The position numbers and the translations under genes are program-made. Shown one piece after another: positions 6,516 through 10,863 of a stretch of DNA of 10,863 bases. The notes below the pieces were generated by a model. That model was not told the DNA's origin. It saw only the letters and a program-made list of their open reading frames with translations, and made no database searches. The stretch lies in the NCBI GenBank assembly GCA_964426185.1, contig CAYRPF010000090.1, forward strand, positions 1 to 10,863, given 5' to 3'. The DNA comes from an uncultured archaeon (lineage in GTDB: Archaea > Asgardarchaeota > Lokiarchaeia > Sigyniarchaeales > Promethearchaeaceae). How positions within the stretch are numbered: the first letter of the stretch is position 1; each line of letters opens with the position of its first letter.

Positions 6516-8516
6516 TTAGATGACTTCACCGATGAAATAGGGAAAGATCTTGCTATTTTCAATTCGAAAAATTCCGCTGGAGTAGTTCTTGCTCAGATTT
6601 TCTCCTTCTTTTCCTTTTTCAATTACTCCAATTATTTTCCCCGATTCATATCCCAGTTGCCAGAGGGGAATTTCGATTTCTACATTATTTTGCTTAGAAT
6701 CTGAATCTTTCGAGCTGCTTTTTTGTAAAATCACCAGATAACATCTATTTTTCGACAATCTGGCATAAGTTATAATCTCTAATTTTTCATATTTTGGCAA
6801 GAGTTTAAAAATGAAGAATGAACCTGTTTGAAATTCAACAATATCTTTTCTTAACTTAATCATTCTGATATAAAATTCTCTTAAAGATTTGTGCCATTTT
6901 GATTCATCCCAAACCATGGGTCGACGGTTTGCAGGGTCGTTTATTCCTTCCATTCCAATTTCATCACCATAATAAATAAGAGGTATCCCGGGATAGGTAA
7001 ATAACATGCAAACGGCCATTTTCATCATTTCCTCATCCTTCTTTAAAACAGAATACATTCGTGGAACATCGTGGCCATCTAGTAGATTTAATTGAATTAA
7101 TTGGTATTGAAATGGAATTAAACCACGAAATAACTGCATTTGTGAAATCATATCGTGCAGAGAAAATGGATAAGAAAAAGAGAAATTTCTAAACATGCCA
7201 TTGCTGAATGCTTGAAAGCCGTCTTGGTGACTTAACCAGCGAACTAAAGGAGAATAAAAGGCAGTATAATTAGTGATCGCATCAAGTTTCTCTGGAGAAA
7301 TTAATTCACTTCCATCATAAAATGTCTCTCCCAACAATAATGAATCTTCGTTAATATTTTTCAAATTGTAGTGGATATCTTGCCAAATGGTTGAGGAAAG
7401 GTCGATTTTTTCGTACTTTCCAATCATATTAGCACAATCAAATCTCCATCCATCAATATTGTAGGGAGGTCGCATCCAAAACTGTAAAATTGAATCTTCA
7501 TCACGATAAATTTTATTCTTTAATGAGTCAGAAGTAAAATTTAAGCGAGGAAGGAGTTTAAAATTTTTCCAAGCATCATAGCTTTCAGGATCATCTGAAT
7601 AGAAATGATAAAATTCATAGTGAGGATCCGTTTGAGAGTGATATGCACCAGATTTTTCCTTCTTTCCAGTACGATTAAACCAAGGATGTGTATCTCCTGT
7701 ATGATTGATAACAGCATCTAAAATAATGCGAATCCCTTTTTTATGTAAATCTTGAACTAAGGATGCAAATTCTTCGTTTGTTCCTAAATGTGGATCAATC
7801 TGATAGTAATTTTCAGTATTGTATTTATGATTTGTGCTGGCTTTGAAAATTGGATTTAGATATAATGCATTAATTCCTAATTCTTGTAAATATGGAATTT
7901 TTTTTCTGATACCCTCTAAATCCCCCCCATAAAAGTGCAAACTAGTGTAATTCTCTCCATATTCTCCCGGGATTTCTTCCCAATCACATTTGACTGATTT
8001 CTCCTTTCCTCTTTGGATTTCTCCATTTTTGACATCTAAATTGGGATTTCCATTATAGAAACGATCAGGGAAAATTTGATAAAAAACCGAATTATAAATC
8101 CATTTTGGAATGGGTGCATCAAAAATAAGTCGAAAACAATGTTTTTCTGGCGGGGTTGTTCGAGAAATTCCTAAAGTTGAATAAAAAAAATGCTCTTTTT
8201 CAGTTAAAATACGAAATCGGTATTGTAATTCTTTACCTTGAGAATGCATTTCGACTTTTTTAAATTCCAAATTAGGAAAAAAGGAAGACATTTGAGAGCA
8301 AAAAGATGGATCTGGGTGCATTTCGAAATTTAGTTCTTCCCCATCACGAAAAAGACTTAAGAATATTTTAGAAATTGGGGCATATTTTAGATATTGGATT
8401 CGTATTTGAACAAGTTCTCCACTTTTTGGATTAGTTGGTTCAACAAATCGTGAACCGCCATCGTGAAAAATACTCGTTTTCCAATCCTTTCTTTGATTTT
8501 GAATAATTTCACCCAT
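6516..8516 (-). CDS. malZ: GH13 alpha-glycosidase, maltodextrin glucosidase (MalZ)/neopullulanase-like, cytoplasmic
   Basis: YQIFPDRF, GGDLEGI, LYLNPIF..STNHKY, LDAVINHTG (region I), DGWRFDCANM (nucleophile Asp), LGETF (acid/base Glu), LLDGHDVPR (region IV), PGIPLIYYGDEIG. IYRDEDSILQFWMRPPYNIDGWRFD closely resembles the MalZ-type segment as recalled from memory. N-terminal HDG-containing domain, no signal peptide. The gene symbol is tentative. Confidence 0.85.
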   Translation of the reverse strand: MGEIIQNQRKDWKTSIFHDGGSRFVEPTNPKSGELVQIRIQYLKYAPISKIFLSLFRDGEELNFEMHPDPSFCSQMSSFFPNLEFKKVEMHSQGKELQYRFRILTEKEHFFYSTLGISRTTPPEKHCFRLIFDAPIPKWIYNSVFYQIFPDRFYNGNPNLDVKNGEIQRGKEKSVKCDWEEIPGEYGENYTSLHFYGGDLEGIRKKIPYLQELGINALYLNPIFKASTNHKYNTENYYQIDPHLGTNEEFASLVQDLHKKGIRIILDAVINHTGDTHPWFNRTGKKEKSGAYHSQTDPHYEFYHFYSDDPESYDAWKNFKLLPRLNFTSDSLKNKIYRDEDSILQFWMRPPYNIDGWRFDCANMIGKYEKIDLSSTIWQDIHYNLKNINEDSLLLGETFYDGSELISPEKLDAITNYTAFYSPLVRWLSHQDGFQAFSNGMFRNFSFSYPFSLHDMISQMQLFRGLIPFQYQLIQLNLLDGHDVPRMYSVLKKDEEMMKMAVCMLFTYPGIPLIYYGDEIGMEGINDPANRRPMVWDESKWHKSLREFYIRMIKLRKDIVEFQTGSFFIFKLLPKYEKLEIITYARLSKNRCYLVILQKSSSKDSDSKQNNVEIEIPLWQLGYESGKIIGVIEKGKEGENLSKNYSSGIFRIENSKIFPYFIGEVI

Positions 8517-8552
8517 TACTATTAATTAATACCTTAGATTTCAAATAATTTT

Positions 8553-8936
8553 TCATTTATTTTTGTAAAATTCGTTTCGGTTGGGCTGAAATTTAAGTAA
8601 AATCATTTTAGGGGATTCTGGGCCTTCAGGAAAGAACATTTGTAAAGAATCATTCCACATTTCTTTTTTAATTCGAACATTATCCACAATTTCGATTTTT
8701 CCGAATAAAATGATTTTCTCTCGACGAAATGGATCTTTATAGTTGATTATTACATCATTATTGTTCTTAATTTCCTTTATTTTTTGAGAATTTGGATATG
8801 TTCCAAACCATATGGCGTCTTCATCCTGTGGACGTAAAAGTACGGTCATATCACGTCCGTGAATTTTATGCTTTAAATCATAAGTATATAAAATTACAAC
8901 TTGGCCGTATTGAAAGATTTGGGTGAGTTTTTTCAT
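8553..8936 (-). CDS. Pyridoxamine 5'-phosphate oxidase-like FMN-binding protein (general stress protein 26/YdaG-like)
   Basis: HGRDMTV, IWFGTYPNSQKIKEIKNN, ILFGKIEIVDN, KKEMWNDSLQMFFPEGPESPKMILLKFQP: characteristic split-barrel GSP26 pattern. GTGATT motif just upstream of the ATG. Confidence 0.85.
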   Translation of the reverse strand: MKKLTQIFQYGQVVILYTYDLKHKIHGRDMTVLLRPQDEDAIWFGTYPNSQKIKEIKNNNDVIINYKDPFRREKIILFGKIEIVDNVRIKKEMWNDSLQMFFPEGPESPKMILLKFQPNRNEFYKNK

Positions 8937-8938
8937 CT

Positions 8939-8946
8939 GTAATCAC
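8939..8946 (-). promoter_or_regulatory. Shine-Dalgarno-like GTGATTAC upstream of PNPOx-like gene
   Basis: Minus strand reads GTGATTAC-AG-ATG. GTGAT is complementary to the AUCAC of the conserved 16S rRNA 3' end. Confidence 0.55.
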
Positions 8947-8965
8947 TATCAAATTAAGCAAATTT

Positions 8966-8987
8966 AAGAGTTTAAAATATAGCTCTT
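8966..8987 (-). promoter_or_regulatory. TATA-like box flanked by AAGAG/CTCTT inverted repeat
   Basis: Plus strand AAGAG-tttaaaatatag-CTCTT. The minus strand has purine-rich AAAGAG followed by TATATTTTAAA about 35-45 bp upstream of ATG 8936. Confidence 0.4.
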
Positions 8988-9133
8988 TCAATCAATGCTT
9001 TTAATTTGCATTTGGATTATCCTTGATAATATTTCTCTAATAATTTTTATATTTCATCAGTTCCGGAATTTTCGATATAAATTTTATTTTTTTTCATACA
9101 AAATATCTATTTCCAATGATATTTATGATTGAA

Positions 9134-9277
9134 ATTGACATTATTTGGAATATTTATGCAAAATATTTATGCAATATTCCATTGTCTTTATTTGGAATAT
9201 TTATGCAAAATTCCATTGTCTTTATTTGGAATATTTATGTAAAATTCCCTTGTCTTTTTTGGAATATTTATGCAAAA
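9134..9277. repeat. Tandem repeat, 33-34 bp unit TTTGGAATATTTATGCAAAATTCCATTGTCTTTA, ~4 copies
   Basis: Core TTTGGAATATTTATG(C/T)AAAA starts at 9144, 9191, 9225 and 9258. Units are 47 bp (34 plus an internal 13-bp duplication AATATTTATGCAA), 34 bp, 33 bp and a 20-bp partial copy. The preceding ATTGACATTA (9134-9143) resembles the unit tail ATTGTCTTTA. Confidence 0.95.
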
Positions 9278-9281
9278 AAGT

Positions 9282-9289
9282 GTGATTAC
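9282..9289 (+). promoter_or_regulatory. Shine-Dalgarno-like GTGATTAC upstream of OsmC-family gene
   Basis: GTGATTAC-T-ATG(9291); identical octamer to that before the divergent gene at 8936. Confidence 0.55.
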
Positions 9290-9290
9290 T

Positions 9291-9797
9291 ATGCCAAGCT
9301 TTGCAGAAACATATGAGGCTATCAAAGCCGATCTTTCAAAAGGTGAAAAAAATTTTAACGTCGAATGCACCATGCTCAATGAGGGTATGAAATGTGAAAT
9401 AAAAATGGGTCAAAAGCCCCATATTTATCACATTGATGCACCAGAAGGACTAGATGGTACAAATGAAGGTCCCAGTCCTCTTTTAATGATTTTAGGGTCA
9501 ATTGGGGGCTGTATAATTGCTGTTACTAAATTTTGGTCGAAAATAATGAATATTCCCATTGATGAACTAAAAGTATTCAGTCGGGGACATATTAATCTGG
9601 CTGGGATTTTTGGCTTAAATGACGATATTCTACCAGGATATGATAAATTAGAACCAATAGTAAAAATTAAATCGTCAGCTCCAAAAGAAAAAATAGAAGA
9701 AATGATGGAAAAAGTTTTCACACATTGTCCTATTATTTTTAATATGGCGGGAAATTCACCAATTAAGCCTAAACTTCAAATTAAATCCACCAAATAA
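9291..9797 (+). CDS. OsmC/Ohr-family protein (putative thiol-dependent peroxiredoxin), 168 aa
   Basis: IDAPEGLDGTNEGPSPLLMILGSIGGC (first Cys) and EKVFTHCPI (second Cys), plus G.INLAGIFGL..PGY typical of the OsmC-like subfamily. Start placed at ATG 9291 (MPSFAETY) because the ORF-track ATG 9270 lies inside the tandem repeat and an SD-like motif precedes 9291. Confidence 0.9.
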   Translation: MPSFAETYEAIKADLSKGEKNFNVECTMLNEGMKCEIKMGQKPHIYHIDAPEGLDGTNEGPSPLLMILGSIGGCIIAVTKFWSKIMNIPIDELKVFSRGHINLAGIFGLNDDILPGYDKLEPIVKIKSSAPKEKIEEMMEKVFTHCPIIFNMAGNSPIKPKLQIKSTK

Positions 9798-9826
9798 TTA
9801 GTAGAAATTATGGATGTGGAATAGAT

Positions 9827-9847
9827 AAAAAAAAATTTTTTCTTTTT
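9827..9847. terminator. Putative bidirectional archaeal oligo(T) terminator
   Basis: A9 tract (9827-9835) immediately followed by TTTTTTCTTTTT (9836-9847) between convergent stops at 9797 and 9853, giving a T-tract on each strand. Confidence 0.55.
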
Positions 9848-9852
9848 CAATT

Positions 9853-10827
9853 TCAATTTGATAATAATGAAAAATTCTGTAAAATCAGCAAGTACCTAAG
9901 AGATAAAATACCGATCCAATATTTTTTACTATTTTGCCAAAATGTCTCATATTGTCCACTCCAGTCCCAATTTGGTTCTATCATTCCAGTTTGAGTTAAT
10001 TTATTAATGATCCAAACCAAATTTTCATTAATAGCAGTTTCAGATATTTCAAAGTGATTTCGCTCTGGATGATCCACAAAATCCAAAGGTTTGGCCACAT
10101 ATTTTTCCCAAAGAGAAGAATCTAATACAATTTTTTCTTGAATACCCCTTTTTAATGCAGGTAGAATTTGTTTTTGCTTTTCATTATCCAACATCCAATA
10201 TAACCGAATAGTGCAAAATAATTCGTGTTCTGAATTAAAATCCGTCTTTTGAGAGAAATATTCAATAACGCGCTTTAATTGCGCTTGAATGAAATCTTGA
10301 TACTGCTTCTCTGGTAAAAGATGGCGATAATAGTAGAAATATCCTGTTAATTCGATAGTTGGATTGCCCCAAGCTGCGTCAATTGGCGTTTGTCGTGTTA
10401 CTTCATCCCAGTGCCACCAAGGTGCATGAGGATAATCGTTTACTTCAGAACGAACTGCATACCACCCCTTTCTTTCTATATCAAACGAGGTAATGAGAGA
10501 ATGCAAGGCTTGTTCTATGTAATCTTCAACTTTTTTCTTAAGATCGGATGTGAATTGTGTAGAAAATTCGGTATTAAGAAAATGCAAGTATTTCAAACCA
10601 ATGCTTGTAGCTAATGGAGTCGACATAGGCAAGTGAAAATCTGGCTCAATTCCCAAGCCAAAACCGCCGTCTCGATTTTGATAGCGCACAATTTCATTTA
10701 AAACCACATCAGGAGTTCCTTGTTCAAATACCAAAGAAAATATCTCACGCTCCAATGGACGAGCAATATTTTTTAAGTTTTTCTGAACTGTTGAAAAAAT
10801 TTCTACTGGTAGTTTTTTAAATTCCAT
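9853..10827 (-). CDS. Conserved hypothetical protein with terpenoid cyclase/protein prenyltransferase alpha-alpha toroid fold
   Basis: ARPLE...FEQG...YQNRDGGFGLGIEPD...STPLAT, HAPWW and NPT motifs. This is a widespread uncharacterised family carrying a QxxDGGF repeat. No DxDD cyclase motif is visible. Confidence 0.8.
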   Translation of the reverse strand: MEFKKLPVEIFSTVQKNLKNIARPLEREIFSLVFEQGTPDVVLNEIVRYQNRDGGFGLGIEPDFHLPMSTPLATSIGLKYLHFLNTEFSTQFTSDLKKKVEDYIEQALHSLITSFDIERKGWYAVRSEVNDYPHAPWWHWDEVTRQTPIDAAWGNPTIELTGYFYYYRHLLPEKQYQDFIQAQLKRVIEYFSQKTDFNSEHELFCTIRLYWMLDNEKQKQILPALKRGIQEKIVLDSSLWEKYVAKPLDFVDHPERNHFEISETAINENLVWIINKLTQTGMIEPNWDWSGQYETFWQNSKKYWIGILSLRYLLILQNFSLLSN

Positions 10828-10848
10828 TATTACTAAAAAGAGCGAAAT

Positions 10849-10860
10849 AATTTTAAAATT
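10849..10860 (-). promoter_or_regulatory. TATA-like palindrome AATTTTAAAATT upstream of 9853-10827 gene
   Basis: Perfect 12-bp palindrome centred about 27-28 bp upstream of ATG 10827; no SD motif in between, consistent with a leaderless transcript. Confidence 0.4.
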
Positions 10861-10863
10861 GTG

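Noticed and set aside
6444-6704. ORF 6444-6704 (+)
   Set aside because: Overlaps the ends of both the methyltransferase and the GH13 gene; no recognisable features.
8520-8531. Palindrome TATTAATTAATA before the GH13 start
   Set aside because: Pure A/T palindrome in an AT-rich genome and too close to the ATG for a TATA box; likely chance.
9134-9277. Mini CRISPR array
   Set aside because: The sequences between the 20-bp cores are near-identical to each other and mostly only 13-14 bp, so there are no unique spacers; no cas genes in the window.
9270-9290. OsmC start at ATG 9270
   Set aside because: This ATG is part of the repeat core (TTTATGC); the SD-like motif points to ATG 9291.
9116-9379. 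Small ORFs 9116-9316 (+, repeated WNIYAK) and 9188-9379 (-)
   Set aside because: By-products of translating the tandem repeat; both overlap the OsmC gene and lack independent support.
8553-9855. Selenocysteine read-through of the TGA stops at 8553-8555 and 9853-9855
   Set aside because: Both TGAs fall at the expected ends of complete domains and no SECIS-like element was recognisable.
9428-10614. ORFs 9428-9721 (-) and 10390-10614 (+)
   Set aside because: Antisense shadows of the OsmC and toroid-fold genes.

Overview
AT-rich chromosomal window, most likely archaeal. PCI-type winged helices, an NSUN6-type PUA methyltransferase, TATA/oligo-T signals and GTGAT ribosome-binding motifs suggest an Asgard (Lokiarchaeia-like) archaeon, but this is inference. 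Seven credible CDSs: a 1477-aa membrane-anchored protein, a stand-alone CBS-pair protein, a PUA + RsmB/NOP2 (NSUN6-like) m5C methyltransferase, a MalZ-like GH13 glucosidase, a PNPOx-like (GSP26) flavin-binding protein, an OsmC-family protein and a prenyltransferase/terpene-cyclase-fold hypothetical protein. Two things stand out. (1) The 1477-aa protein has a degenerate Rab-GGTase-beta-like head lacking the Zn-ligand motif, about seven ~110-aa helical repeats (spectrin-like periodicity) interrupted by two PCI-like winged helices in a duplicated module, and a C-terminal two-helix membrane hairpin. It is a candidate membrane tether or skeleton scaffold. (2) A 33-34 bp tandem repeat with a dyad core lies directly upstream of the OsmC gene. 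No rRNA, tRNA, CRISPR array or mobile element is supported.
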